From: an uncultured delta proteobacterium
GTDB lineage: Bacteria; Myxococcota_A; Polyangia; Fen-1088
DNA length: 64,000 nucleotides
Direction: 5' to 3'
Assembly: GCA_963755125.1 (NCBI GenBank)
Contig: CAVWIP010000012.1
Span: forward strand, 309,264-373,263
Shown here: one piece after another, positions 19,640 to 29,164 of the stretch
How positions within the stretch are numbered: position 1 is the first letter of the stretch
How the letters are laid out: each line of letters opens with the position of its first letter
The notes under the pieces: model-generated
Told to the model about the DNA's origin: nothing
The model's input: the letters and a program-made list of their open reading frames with translations, nothing else
Databases searched by the model: none
Position numbers and translations under genes: made by a program

Positions 19640-20575
19640 ATGAGAATCCGATTCTGGGGTGTCAGGGGCTCCTTGCCCGTCCCGGGACCGCGAACCGAGC
19701 GGTACGGGGGCAACACCTCGTGCGTCGAGGTCAGCTCCGCGGCCGGAACCCGCATCATCATCGACGCCGGCACTGGCATCCGCCGCCTGGGCAAGGAGCT
19801 GATGCGCAGCGAGTTCGAATCGGGCAAGGGGGCGGCGCACATCCTCATCAGCCACACCCACTGGGACCACATACAGGGCCTGCCCTTCTTCGCTCCTTTC
19901 TACCGCGCCGGAAACAAGCTCTTCGTGTACGCCCGCCAGCGCGACGACCAGAACCTGCGCAGCGTGCTTTCCTTGCAGGTCGACTCGCCCTTCTTCCCGG
20001 TGCCCTTCCACAAGGCGCGCGCCGACGTGGCCTTCCGCGAACTGCACGACGGAGCGCACTTCGAGATCAATGATGTAGTGGTTTCCTGCACTCGCCTCAA
20101 CCATCCCTACATCGCCACGGCCTACGCCCTGTCCGCCGACGGAGCCAAGGTGGCATATATCGCGGACACGGCACCCTTTTCGGACATCCTGTTTGGGCAC
20201 GAGTTCCTGGCCGGACCGCCATCGCCGCACTCCCTGCTGAGCAAGAGCGATCACAAGACGCTGCGGACCATGCGCAGCCAGGTGGTTCGCTTGTGCGAGG
20301 GCGCGGATCTGGTCATCTACGACACCATGTTCACGCCCGAGGAGTACCGGCAGACGCCCCACTTTGGGCACTCGCGTCCCTCGGATGCGGTCGACATCTG
20401 TCACGATGCGGGCGCGCGGATGCTGGCGCTGTACCACCACGCGCCGGATCGTTCGGACACTGAAGTGGACGCCGTGCTGGCCTCCACGCGCAAGGAAGCC
20501 ACGCTGACCGCGCGCAAGCTGGAAATCATAGCGGGATTCGAGGGGCTGGATCTGGCCCTGGGGAAGCAGGGATGA
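19640..20575 (+). CDS. MBL-fold metallo-hydrolase (RNase Z/PhnP-like)
   Basis: Motifs FWGVRGS, YGGNTSC, DAGTG, SHTHWDHIQG, FGHS and YHHAP. Confidence 0.9.
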   Translation: MRIRFWGVRGSLPVPGPRTERYGGNTSCVEVSSAAGTRIIIDAGTGIRRLGKELMRSEFESGKGAAHILISHTHWDHIQGLPFFAPFYRAGNKLFVYARQRDDQNLRSVLSLQVDSPFFPVPFHKARADVAFRELHDGAHFEINDVVVSCTRLNHPYIATAYALSADGAKVAYIADTAPFSDILFGHEFLAGPPSPHSLLSKSDHKTLRTMRSQVVRLCEGADLVIYDTMFTPEEYRQTPHFGHSRPSDAVDICHDAGARMLALYHHAPDRSDTEVDAVLASTRKEATLTARKLEIIAGFEGLDLALGKQG

Positions 20576-21426
20576 TGGACGTCACCTTCTGGGGAGTGCG
20601 TGGTTCCATTCCTTCGCCGGGCCCGGGTACGGTACGCTACGGTGGCAACACCGCCTGCGTGTCGGTTCGCCTGCCCGACGGCGAACTCATCATCCTCGAT
20701 TGCGGCACCGGCGCGCGCAACCTGGGCATCTCCCTGCTGGCCGGACCCTTCGGCAAGGGCAAGGGCTCGGCCACGCTGCTGCTCTCGCACGCGCACTGGG
20801 ACCACATCCAGGGCTTCCCGTTCTTCGGTCCGTTCTACGTCCCGGGCAACAGTTTCACCGTGTATGGCGGCAGCCGGGGCGAACGCCTCCTGGAAGACGT
20901 GCTCGAGCGCCAGATGGCGGCCCAGTTCTTCCCTGTGCAAAGCTTCCACAACATGGGCGCCCGTATCGAGATGCGCCCCCTGGGCGAGGACAAGGACGTG
21001 CGAGTCGGCAGCGCGACCGTCAGGGCGCACGCCAATCCGCACGGACCCACGCCTGCGCTGGCTTTTCGCATCGACGCTGGCGGCAAGTCTCTGGTCTACG
21101 CCAGCGACGCCGGCTATGGGACAGGCGGCCCGCCCCAGGCAGCGTTGGACCTCTACCGCGGCGTTGACCTGCTGATCCACGACAGCACCTTCACCCCCGA
21201 GGACCGGGCCCTGCGCCTGGAGAGGGGCTTGTCGTCGCTCGAAGATGCGGTGGACTGTGCGGCACGTGCCGGGGTCAAGAAACTGGCGCTTTTCCACTAT
21301 GACCAGGACTACAGCGATCACGACGTGGATGAGCTGGTGGCTCGCGGTCGGCGCTGGCTGGAAGGGCGCGCCGCCGCGGGGATCGAGGTGCTCGGCGCAG
21401 CCGAAGGGCTCACCCTTTCGCTGTAG
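20572..21426 (+). CDS. MBL-fold metallo-hydrolase, tandem paralog
   Basis: Motifs FWGVRGS, YGGNTAC, DCGTG, SHAHWDHIQG and FHYDQ. Overlaps the previous gene by ATGA. Confidence 0.9.
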   Translation: MMDVTFWGVRGSIPSPGPGTVRYGGNTACVSVRLPDGELIILDCGTGARNLGISLLAGPFGKGKGSATLLLSHAHWDHIQGFPFFGPFYVPGNSFTVYGGSRGERLLEDVLERQMAAQFFPVQSFHNMGARIEMRPLGEDKDVRVGSATVRAHANPHGPTPALAFRIDAGGKSLVYASDAGYGTGGPPQAALDLYRGVDLLIHDSTFTPEDRALRLERGLSSLEDAVDCAARAGVKKLALFHYDQDYSDHDVDELVARGRRWLEGRAAAGIEVLGAAEGLTLSL

Positions 21427-21526
21427 CTCGGCCCGTTCGCCAGCCGGAAGTTACCTGCTTCGCGACCGATCCACGCTATCCAGGTCTCGGACATTCCGCC
21501 CGACCCGTGCTAGCTTTCGCCGCACC

Positions 21527-22828
21527 ATGAAGACACTGCTCGAACGTATCGGGGATCGTTCTGCCCGGGTGGTCGTGGTGGGCGCTGGCTACGTGGGTCT
21601 TCCGCTGGCGGTGGAGATCGCCCAGGCCGGATTCCTCACCACGGCCTACGATCGCATGGCCGCCAAGGTGAACGCCGTCAAGTCTGGCCAGTCCCATATC
21701 GCGGACGTTCCCTCCTCCGTGCTGGGGCCGCTGGTCGCTCAGGGCAAGCTGCAGGCCAGCGACGATGCCGACGTGCTGGGCCAGGCCGACGCGGTGATCA
21801 TCTGCGTGCCCACCCCGCTCAACAAGACGAAGGATCCGGATAACTCGTTCATCCTCGACGCAGCCGAGATGTTGCTGCCGCGCATGCGCCGCCCGCAGAT
21901 CGTCGTGCTGGAGAGCACCACCTTCCCGGGCTTCACGCGTGAGGTGCTGTTGCCCAAGCTGTCGTCGACCGGACTCAAAGTCGACCAGGACTTCTTCGTC
22001 GCCTTTTCTCCCGAGCGAGTGGATCCAGGCAACCCGAAATTCCACACCCGCAACACGCCCAAGGTCATCGGCTCCACCAGCCCGCAGGGACTGGAGGCCG
22101 CGGTCGCGCTGTACAGCGCGTTCATCGAACGGGTCATCCCAGTGTCGTCATCCGACACGGCGGAGATGGTGAAGCTGCTGGAGAACACCTTTCGCGCGGT
22201 CAACATCGGGCTGGTCAACGAAGTCGCCATCATGTGCAGCCGCCTGGGCCTTGATAGCTGGGAGGTCATCGACGCCGCCGCCAGCAAGCCTTTCGGGTTC
22301 ATGCCCTTCTATCCTGGCCCGGGCCTGGGCGGGCACTGCATCCCCATCGATCCCCTGTACCTGTCGTGGAAACTCAAGACCCTCAAGTACAACGCGCGCT
22401 TCATCCAGCTCGCGGACGAAGTCAACTCGTCCATGCCGGAATTCGTTGCGGTCAAGGTGGCCGACGCCCTCAACGACCGCGGCCTGGCGGTGCGGGGCGC
22501 GAAGATCCTAGTGTGCGGGGTTACCTATAAACGCGACATTGATGACGTGCGGGAATCCCCGGCACTGGACATCATCGAGCTTCTGCAGCGACGGGGCGCC
22601 CAGGTGGCATATTTCGACCGGCACGTCCCCCAACTCGACCATGGCGGCACCGCCGTCCCGAGTGCCACGCTGGACCGACTGGCTGACTTCGACTGCGTCG
22701 TGATCGCGACGGATCACAGCGACGTGGACTACGCCGCGCTGGTGGAAAACGCCCGTCTGGTGGTCGACACCCGGAACGCCACCCGAGGGCTACGCGCGCG
22801 TTTTCCGGGCCGAATTGTGGTGCTGTAG
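21527..22828 (+). CDS. Nucleotide-sugar dehydrogenase (UDP-N-acetylglucosamine/mannosamine 6-dehydrogenase type)
   Basis: Motifs GAGYVGLP, CVPTPL, SPERVDPG, KLLENTFRAVNI, GPGLGGHCIP and DVRESP. Confidence 0.92.
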   Translation: MKTLLERIGDRSARVVVVGAGYVGLPLAVEIAQAGFLTTAYDRMAAKVNAVKSGQSHIADVPSSVLGPLVAQGKLQASDDADVLGQADAVIICVPTPLNKTKDPDNSFILDAAEMLLPRMRRPQIVVLESTTFPGFTREVLLPKLSSTGLKVDQDFFVAFSPERVDPGNPKFHTRNTPKVIGSTSPQGLEAAVALYSAFIERVIPVSSSDTAEMVKLLENTFRAVNIGLVNEVAIMCSRLGLDSWEVIDAAASKPFGFMPFYPGPGLGGHCIPIDPLYLSWKLKTLKYNARFIQLADEVNSSMPEFVAVKVADALNDRGLAVRGAKILVCGVTYKRDIDDVRESPALDIIELLQRRGAQVAYFDRHVPQLDHGGTAVPSATLDRLADFDCVVIATDHSDVDYAALVENARLVVDTRNATRGLRARFPGRIVVL

Positions 22829-22831
22829 TAA

Positions 22832-22893
22832 TGGGAACCCTCAAAGGGTTCCCAAACCCTCCCGCGATGGTGCGCCGCCGGCAGAGCCGGCGG
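22832..22893. repeat. REP-like double hairpin
   Basis: TGGGAACCCT-caa-AGGGTTCCCA (22832-22854) and CCGCCGGC-aga-GCCGGCGG (22875-22893) directly follow a stop codon, with no U-tract. Confidence 0.5.
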
Positions 22894-23133
22894 GCTCCCC
22901 ACGCAATTGACATCGTTCTTGGTGGGGAAAGACCGCACCTGCCCGTCGGCAGGAAACCTGGCAGAAACGAGGATCGCGCAGTTTTCCCGCGAATTTCATC
23001 GCACTCCGATCGAAAAATCGGCTACAGTCTGCTGCTAACGCCTGTTTTCGTGGCGCCCAGGGATGGTGATGTTGGCCATTCCCGCCGCGCAGAGCAGGTG
23101 GTTCCAGGCCCACCCCAACACGAAGGAGATACG

Positions 23134-23445
23134 ATGGCTAAAGGTCCCATTTCCAAGTCTGCCCTAATTCAGATTCTCTCTGACAAGTCTGCCAACGAGC
23201 TCACTCGCAAGGACGTCAAGGGCGTCCTTGAGAATCTGGCCACCGTCGGCCAGGCCGAGCTGAAGAAGAACGGCGTGTTCGTCGTACCCGGACTCGTGCG
23301 CATGGTCGTAGTCAAGAAGCCGGCCACCAAGGAGCGCAAGGGCATCAACCCGTTCACCGGCCTGGAAACCGTGTTCAAGGCCAAGCCAGCCCGCAAGGTG
23401 GTCAAGGCGCGCGCTGTGAAGGCGGCCAAGGACGCCGTAGCGTAG
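23134..23445 (+). CDS. HU family DNA-binding protein
   Basis: AAGGAG RBS and KPATKERKGINPFTG arm motif. Confidence 0.9.
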   Translation: MAKGPISKSALIQILSDKSANELTRKDVKGVLENLATVGQAELKKNGVFVVPGLVRMVVVKKPATKERKGINPFTGLETVFKAKPARKVVKARAVKAAKDAVA

Positions 23446-23649
23446 GCTTGCGTATGCCCGCTTCAGCCGACCGGCTTGAAGTGGGCGCTGACCGACCGGG
23501 GCGCCTTCGGGCGCCCGCGGTTGGTTGTGTTGCGGGAAGGGGTTGGCGGTGAAAGGCGCCGAGGGACCGGGCTCAACGTCGCGGGTTGGCTGTGCCAGGG
23601 TGCGCCTTCTCCGGCCCTCCAGCAGCGGTTCTTCTCCCCGGTGCCGGCG

Positions 23650-24375
23650 ATGCTAGAAGCCGCTGTGATCTTGGACAGTGCCTGCAAGTCATTCGGTGAC
23701 TTGCGCGCGGTTGCCGATCTTTCTCTATCGGTTGTGCCGGGTGAGATCTATGGGCTGCTTGGCCCCAATGGCGCGGGCAAGACCACGGCCTTGCGCATGC
23801 TGGCCGGTCTCGTCCAGCCGTCGAGCGGCCGCGCTCTCTTGCTCGGCCTCGATGCCGGGTCCTCGCAAGCCAAGACGCGCATGGGGTTTCTGAGCGGCAG
23901 CACGGGCCTTTATGCCCACCTGACCCCGCGCGAGACCTGGCAGTACTTCGGCCGTATTCACGGCCTGTCCGCCAGCGACTTGTCACGGCGGATCGCCACC
24001 CTGGTGCGCTGGCTGGCCCTGGAGAATATCCTCGATCGACGCTGCGAAAGCCTGTCGGGAGGCGAGAAACAACGAGTGTCGCTGGCGCGCGCCGTGCTGC
24101 ACGACCCGCCGGTTCTGATTCTTGACGAACCGACCAGCGGCCTCGACGTATTGGCCAGCCGATCGTTGCGTGACTTCGTGGGCAGCGAACGCGCCCGCGG
24201 CAAGGCCGTGCTCTTCTCCACCCACTACCTGGCTGAAGCCGAGTTGCTGTGCGACCGCATCGGGCTGCTCTTTCGCGGCCGCCTCCTGCGCGAAGGCACG
24301 CCCGCAAGCATCCGCGCGGAATGCGGGACGACGACCCTGGAACAGGCCTTTCTCAAGCTCGTGGACGGCGAGTGA
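23650..24375 (+). CDS. ABC transporter ATP-binding protein (NatA-like)
   Basis: Motifs GPNGAGKTT, LSGGEKQR, ILDEPTSGLD and FSTH. Start is ATG 23650 or GTG 23665. Confidence 0.92.
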   Translation: MLEAAVILDSACKSFGDLRAVADLSLSVVPGEIYGLLGPNGAGKTTALRMLAGLVQPSSGRALLLGLDAGSSQAKTRMGFLSGSTGLYAHLTPRETWQYFGRIHGLSASDLSRRIATLVRWLALENILDRRCESLSGGEKQRVSLARAVLHDPPVLILDEPTSGLDVLASRSLRDFVGSERARGKAVLFSTHYLAEAELLCDRIGLLFRGRLLREGTPASIRAECGTTTLEQAFLKLVDGE

Positions 24376-24381
24376 TTCGAC

Positions 24382-26313
24382 ATGTCCAGGCGTCTGTCCC
24401 ATGTGTTGCTCACCCTCGGCAAGGAACTGCGAGAGTCCCTGCGCGACCGCCGCACGCTGGCGGTCATGATCCTCTTTCCCCTGGTCGTGTACCCGCTGCT
24501 CTCGTTGCTGGCGGCGCAGGTGGCGGTATCGCGCGACAGGGCGCGGGAGGCCCGGCCTTCCCTGGTAGCCGTGGCGGGAACGGGCGACGCGCGCGACGAT
24601 CTTGCGGCCCGGATTCGCGAGCGGCCCAAGCTGCTCGCCCTGGTTGAGCGGGGCAGCCGGGCCGATGTCGTGGCCGGCAGGCTGGACGCCCTGATCCAAC
24701 TCGGCGAGACCAGCGCCAGCCGCGCCGAGATCCTGTACGACGCTGGCCGCGAGGAGTCCCGCGAGGCAGCCGAGCGGCTCGCCGACGTCATCGCCTCGGT
24801 CTTGCCCGAGGGCTGCGCGCCCCGATTTTCGCTGGACAAGCGCAACCTGGCCCCCGAGGCCAGCGTGGGTGGCTACCTCCTGTCCAAGGTGCTGCCGCTG
24901 CTGGTCGTCCTGATGGTGCTGCTGGGCGCTTTCTACCCAGCCATCGACGTCACCGCGGGCGAGCGCGAACGGGGCACCCTCGAAACCATTCTGTCATCGC
25001 CCATTCGGCGCTTCGACCTTCTGCTGGGAAAGGTTCTGGCGGTGACCGCCCTGGCTGCACTCACCGGACTGCTCAATCTCGCCTCGATGTCGGTCACCTT
25101 GATCCAGGTCATGCACCTGGCGGATCCGAGCGCGACGCTGCCGGTGCCCTGGACGCGCGCCGCCGCTGCCGCAACGGTGGTGCTTCCTTCGGCCTTCTTC
25201 TTCGCATCGGTCTTCGTGGCGGTGGGCGCCGTCGCGCGCGGATTCAAGGAGGCGCAGCACCTTCTGACCCCGGTGTACTTCTTGTCCATCGCGCCGGCGG
25301 TCGCGGGAGCCGTTGGCGAATATCGGCTGGCCGGTCTGGCCGCCTGGATCCCCTGCATGAACGTGACCCTGCTCGCGCGCGAACTGCTGCTCGGACATAC
25401 ACCCTGGTCGGGCGCGCTGGCAGCCGTGGCCTCCACCGTGGCCTGGGGCTGCGCTGCGCTGGCGGTGGCCGCCCATATCTTCAGCTCCGAGCGTTTTGTC
25501 GACCCCGGGCCGCGCGAAAGCCGGCACGATTTCAGCGCTCCTTCGCCGCAATCAAAGCCGCCCACGGCTGGCCAGGCCCTGTTCCTCTTCGCGCTGGCCT
25601 TTGTCCTGCTCTATTTTCTGTGGCTGCCTTTGCAGCGACGCAACCTCGTGCTCGGGCTCCTGGCCTCGGAGTGGGGCGGCCTCTTCGGTCTGGTGGTGCT
25701 GTTTGCCGCATTCACGCGCCGATCGCTTCCGGGTCTGCTGCGCATCGTGCGGCCGCCGCCACGCTGCCTGGCCGGCGCGGCCCTGGTGGGTCTGAGCGCA
25801 TGGGCGGCGGTGGCCATTTTGAGCGAATGGCTGAGCCCGGTGCCCAAAGAAGTCATCGAGCAGCTTCGGCGCAGCCTGATTCCCACCGACGGCAGCCGCG
25901 GCCTCCTGGCCACGCTGGCCCTGGTTGCGCTGACCCCGGCCATCTGCGAGGAGGCCCTGTTCCGCGGCCCCATCCTGCGCGGGCTGCGCACGCGGGCCAG
26001 CCCTGCGGCGGCGGTGGCCCTGACCGGCCTCCTCTTCGGCGTCTTCCACGTCGAGCTGTCGCGCATTCTGCCCACCGCCCTGCTCGGGGTGCTGCTCTCG
26101 CTGGTGGCCCTGGAAAGCGGGTCGATTCTCCCCGCCATGCTGGCCCATTTCCTCAACAACGCCAGTCTGGTCGGGTTGGCCTACTTTCACATTGACGAGA
26201 AGGTGGCCGAGGTTGGCACCGCCACGTCCGTGCTCATTCTGATCGCTGCCGCTGCGCTGACTGCGCTCGGCTTACTCCTGGTGCGCAGCGGCGCTCGCCA
26301 CGGAAAATTGTAG
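24382..26313 (+). CDS. ABC-2 permease (NatB-like) fused to CPBP/CAAX intramembrane protease
   Basis: KELRESLRDRRT, AGERERGTLETIL, and C-terminal EEALFRG / FGVFH / HFLNN. Confidence 0.88.
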   Translation: MSRRLSHVLLTLGKELRESLRDRRTLAVMILFPLVVYPLLSLLAAQVAVSRDRAREARPSLVAVAGTGDARDDLAARIRERPKLLALVERGSRADVVAGRLDALIQLGETSASRAEILYDAGREESREAAERLADVIASVLPEGCAPRFSLDKRNLAPEASVGGYLLSKVLPLLVVLMVLLGAFYPAIDVTAGERERGTLETILSSPIRRFDLLLGKVLAVTALAALTGLLNLASMSVTLIQVMHLADPSATLPVPWTRAAAAATVVLPSAFFFASVFVAVGAVARGFKEAQHLLTPVYFLSIAPAVAGAVGEYRLAGLAAWIPCMNVTLLARELLLGHTPWSGALAAVASTVAWGCAALAVAAHIFSSERFVDPGPRESRHDFSAPSPQSKPPTAGQALFLFALAFVLLYFLWLPLQRRNLVLGLLASEWGGLFGLVVLFAAFTRRSLPGLLRIVRPPPRCLAGAALVGLSAWAAVAILSEWLSPVPKEVIEQLRRSLIPTDGSRGLLATLALVALTPAICEEALFRGPILRGLRTRASPAAAVALTGLLFGVFHVELSRILPTALLGVLLSLVALESGSILPAMLAHFLNNASLVGLAYFHIDEKVAEVGTATSVLILIAAAALTALGLLLVRSGARHGKL

Positions 26314-26367
26314 TCTGCCTGACAATCTGCCTTGTCGGCTCCGCGTCGGGTCTGCTAAGGATTCCCC

Positions 26368-27063
26368 ATGGCTCACGCGGAAGAGAAGAGGATCCTGGGT
26401 ATCTTGCGCAAATCCCCGGTACTCGCCGACGCGTCGACTGATGCGCTGGCGCGGCTCGCGACGGCCGCCCAACTGCAAAGCTACCAACCGCGAAGGGTGG
26501 TGTTCCTGCCGGGTGACCGGGCCGTGGGCGTACACTTCTTGGCCAGCGGCCGTGTGAAGATCTCCAAGGTTACCCGCGACGGCAAGGAGCTGACCCTGGC
26601 CTACCGGACAGCCGGGGATTTCTTCGGCGAGAGCGCCTTGCTCGAAGGCGGCCCACGTGAAGAGATGGTCGAGGCCATGGAGGTGACGGCCACCGTCGAG
26701 GTCGAGCGCAGCGCCCTCGACAAGCTGCTCCTGGGCAATGCCAACGTGACCTATCAGTTCCTGCGCGCCATGATCAACCGTCGGCGCGAACTGGAGACCA
26801 AGGTGGAACAGTTGGTGTTCAAGGACGTGGGCTCCAAGCTGGCCGAGTTGCTACTGCGCCTTGGTTCGGAACATGGGCTGGAGCACAAGCGCGGCCTGGT
26901 CCTGGGCCTGAAGATCACCCATCAAGAGATGGCGAATCTCATCGGTTCGACCCGCGAGACGGTTTCGTTGACCCTGTCGCACTTCAAGCGCAACGGGCTC
27001 ATCCAGACCGAAGGTCGCAAGGTAATCCTGGTCGACCGCGAAGGGCTGCGGTCGCTGGCGTGA
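26368..27063 (+). CDS. Crp/Fnr family transcriptional regulator
   Basis: cNMP-binding domain (GDFFGESA..PR) and HTH (THQEMANLIGSTRETVS). Confidence 0.92.
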   Translation: MAHAEEKRILGILRKSPVLADASTDALARLATAAQLQSYQPRRVVFLPGDRAVGVHFLASGRVKISKVTRDGKELTLAYRTAGDFFGESALLEGGPREEMVEAMEVTATVEVERSALDKLLLGNANVTYQFLRAMINRRRELETKVEQLVFKDVGSKLAELLLRLGSEHGLEHKRGLVLGLKITHQEMANLIGSTRETVSLTLSHFKRNGLIQTEGRKVILVDREGLRSLA

Positions 27064-27085
27064 ACAGGCTGTAGACTCTACTCAG

Positions 27086-27436
27086 CTACCAGCCGCCGCC
27101 CCGGCGTCCGCCGCCGCCCCGGCCGTGATCGTCGCGGTCGCGCCCACGGCCGCCACCAAATCCCCCGCCACCACCGCCACGCGCCGCCCGCTCGCGGGCT
27201 TCGCTCACGTTGATGGGCCGCCCCTGGATCTCGCGCCCGTTCAGGGTTTCGATGGCCTGGGCCGCCTCCCCGTCGCTGCCCATCTCCACGAAGGCGAAGC
27301 CGCGCGGCCGCCCGGTGTCCCGGTCGAGCACGATCTTCACCTCGGCCACGTTCTTTCCCCCTTCAGCGAACACCTCTTTCAGCTCTGCCTCGGTCACGTT
27401 GTACGACAGATTTCCAACATACAGCCTGTTTCCCAT
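27086..27436 (-). CDS. RRM RNA-binding protein with Gly/Arg-rich tail
   Basis: RNP2 LYVGNL, RNP1 RGFAFVEM and GGAG RBS. Confidence 0.93.
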   Translation of the reverse strand: MGNRLYVGNLSYNVTEAELKEVFAEGGKNVAEVKIVLDRDTGRPRGFAFVEMGSDGEAAQAIETLNGREIQGRPINVSEARERAARGGGGGGFGGGRGRDRDDHGRGGGGRRGGGW

Positions 27437-27722
27437 TTCGTTCTCCTGTTGCTTCTCAGATTGCCGCCGCTGGCCGGCCTGCAAGCATCGGCCAGGTGGG
27501 GGATCCCGTGTCTCGCTCTGGGCTCTCGGTCGAAAGCGCGCCGCTCGAAAGAAGGGCGTCGAAAAAATGGCGGCCGGAACTCACAGAGAAACTCGCTACG
27601 AGGGAAACAGTAGCAAAACCACTGGCCTCCTGTCGAGCGTGCGGATCTGCGCGCTTCTGGCGTAACGCACAAAGCGGACTTCCCCTTGTTCGCCCCGGCT
27701 CCGCCGTGCTATCAGCGGGGAC

Positions 27723-28790
27723 ATGAAATCGTACAACATCGCGCTGATTCCAGGTGACGGCACCGGGCCCGAGGTACTGGCCGAGGGCGTGAAGGTGGTG
27801 AACGCGGCCTGCGCCAAGTACGGCGTCAAGCTGAACTACCAAAGCTTCGATTTCGGTGGCGAGCGCTACAAGCGCACCGGCGAGATCCTGCCCGACAGCG
27901 CGCTGGAAGAGTTCAAGAAATTCGATTCGATTTTCCTGGGCGCCATCGGCCATCCCGACGTCAAGCCCGGCATCTTGGAAGTGGGAATCCTGCTCAAGAC
28001 CCGCTTCGCACTCGATCAGTACATCAACCTGCGGCCGGTCAAGCTGTATCCCAACGTGGAAACCCCGCTCAAGGACAAGGGGCCGGAGCACGTGGATTTC
28101 GTGGTCGTGCGCGAGAACACCGGCGGCATCTACACGGGAATCGGCGGCGTCACGCAGAAGGGAACGCCGCTTGAGGTGGCGACGCAGGTGATGCAGTACT
28201 CGCGTCCGGTGGTCGAGCGTTGCGTGAAGTACGCCTACGAGTACACCCGGCGCCGCAACAGCAAGAAGAAGATGCTCACCCTGGTGCACAAGTGCAACGT
28301 GCTCACCCACTGCGGTGATCTGTGGGTGCGCGTGCACAAGGAGATGGGCGACGCGCACTATCCTGAAATCAAGCAGGACTACAACCACGTCGACGCCTGC
28401 ACCATGTGGTTCGTCAAGCAGCCCGAGTACTACGACGTGATCGTCACCGAGAATCTGTTCGGCGACATCATCACCGACCTGGCCGCCATCATTCAGGGCG
28501 GCCTGGGCATCGCGGCCGGCGGCAACATCAATCCCGAGGGCGTGTCCATGTTCGAGCCCATGGGCGGCAGCGCGCCCAAGTACACCGGCAAGAACGTCAT
28601 CAACCCGCTCGCCACCATCTGCGCCGGCGGCATGATGATGGACACCCTGGGCGAGCCGAAGATCGCGCAGGCCATCGACAAGGCGGTGCACGACGCCCTG
28701 GCGTCCAGGCAGATCAAGAGCCTGGCCGCCGGCAAGATGGGCATGGGCACGCGCGAGGTCGGCGATCTGATCGCCAAGATGGTCAGCTAG
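27723..28790 (+). CDS. leuB: 3-isopropylmalate dehydrogenase (LeuB, short actinobacterial/deltaproteobacterial-like type)
   Basis: Motifs GDGTGPEV, GAIGHP..GILEVGILLKTR, NLRP, VRENT, NLFGDIITD and FEPMGGSAP. Confidence 0.8.
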   Translation: MKSYNIALIPGDGTGPEVLAEGVKVVNAACAKYGVKLNYQSFDFGGERYKRTGEILPDSALEEFKKFDSIFLGAIGHPDVKPGILEVGILLKTRFALDQYINLRPVKLYPNVETPLKDKGPEHVDFVVVRENTGGIYTGIGGVTQKGTPLEVATQVMQYSRPVVERCVKYAYEYTRRRNSKKKMLTLVHKCNVLTHCGDLWVRVHKEMGDAHYPEIKQDYNHVDACTMWFVKQPEYYDVIVTENLFGDIITDLAAIIQGGLGIAAGGNINPEGVSMFEPMGGSAPKYTGKNVINPLATICAGGMMMDTLGEPKIAQAIDKAVHDALASRQIKSLAAGKMGMGTREVGDLIAKMVS

Positions 28791-28879
28791 CGATCGGGCT
28801 GCGGGTCACGCGCGACACGCACCTGCTGTGACCGGCTTGCCGATAAGCCTCCTCGGTGGAGGCAACGGCGCGCGCACAG

Positions 28880-29030
28880 CCTGCGTCTGCGGGTCCTTGT
28901 GCACGAAGTGCCAGTCCCAACTCCACCTCATCGCCCTCATCCAGACCGAGGACATCGCCAAAGAGATCCTGACCGCGATGCACCTGCCGGCGGAAATTTC
29001 CGCGCTTCACCCTCCCAGGGTTTCCATCCT
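28880..29030 (+). pseudogene. IS91/IS801-like transposase C-terminal remnant
   Basis: CTKCQSQLHLIALIQTEDIAKEILTAMHLP resembles the CxxC...IA.I.....I..IL..L.LP tail of IS91-family transposases. Confidence 0.5.
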
Positions 29031-29036
29031 GACATC

Positions 29037-29159
29037 GCGTGAAGTACGCCTATGAAAACACCCGGCGCCGCAGCAGCAAGAAGAAGATGCTCACCCTGGT
29101 GCACAAGTGCAACGTGCTCACCCACTGCGGTGATCTGTGGGTGCGCGTGCACAAGGAGA
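29037..29159 (+). repeat. 123-bp direct copy of internal leuB segment 28222-28344
   Basis: Aligned by eye: 4 substitutions and no indels. Confidence 0.92.
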
Positions 29160-29164
29160 GCTGG

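Noticed and set aside
22900..23130. SRP RNA or other ncRNA upstream of the HU gene
   Set aside because: No SRP domain IV motif or convincing long-range pairing was found. It is more simply promoter and 5' UTR.
26368..27063. Calling the Crp/Fnr regulator MrpC
   Set aside because: It has CRP-like GE..R and STRETVS motifs and no adjacent mrpAB genes, so orthology cannot be supported.
28222..29159. leuB 123-bp repeat pair as a DGR template/variable repeat
   Set aside because: The four differences are not confined to adenines of one copy (they include a C/T change and A changes in both directions). There is no reverse transcriptase nearby, and the target is an internal segment of a metabolic enzyme.
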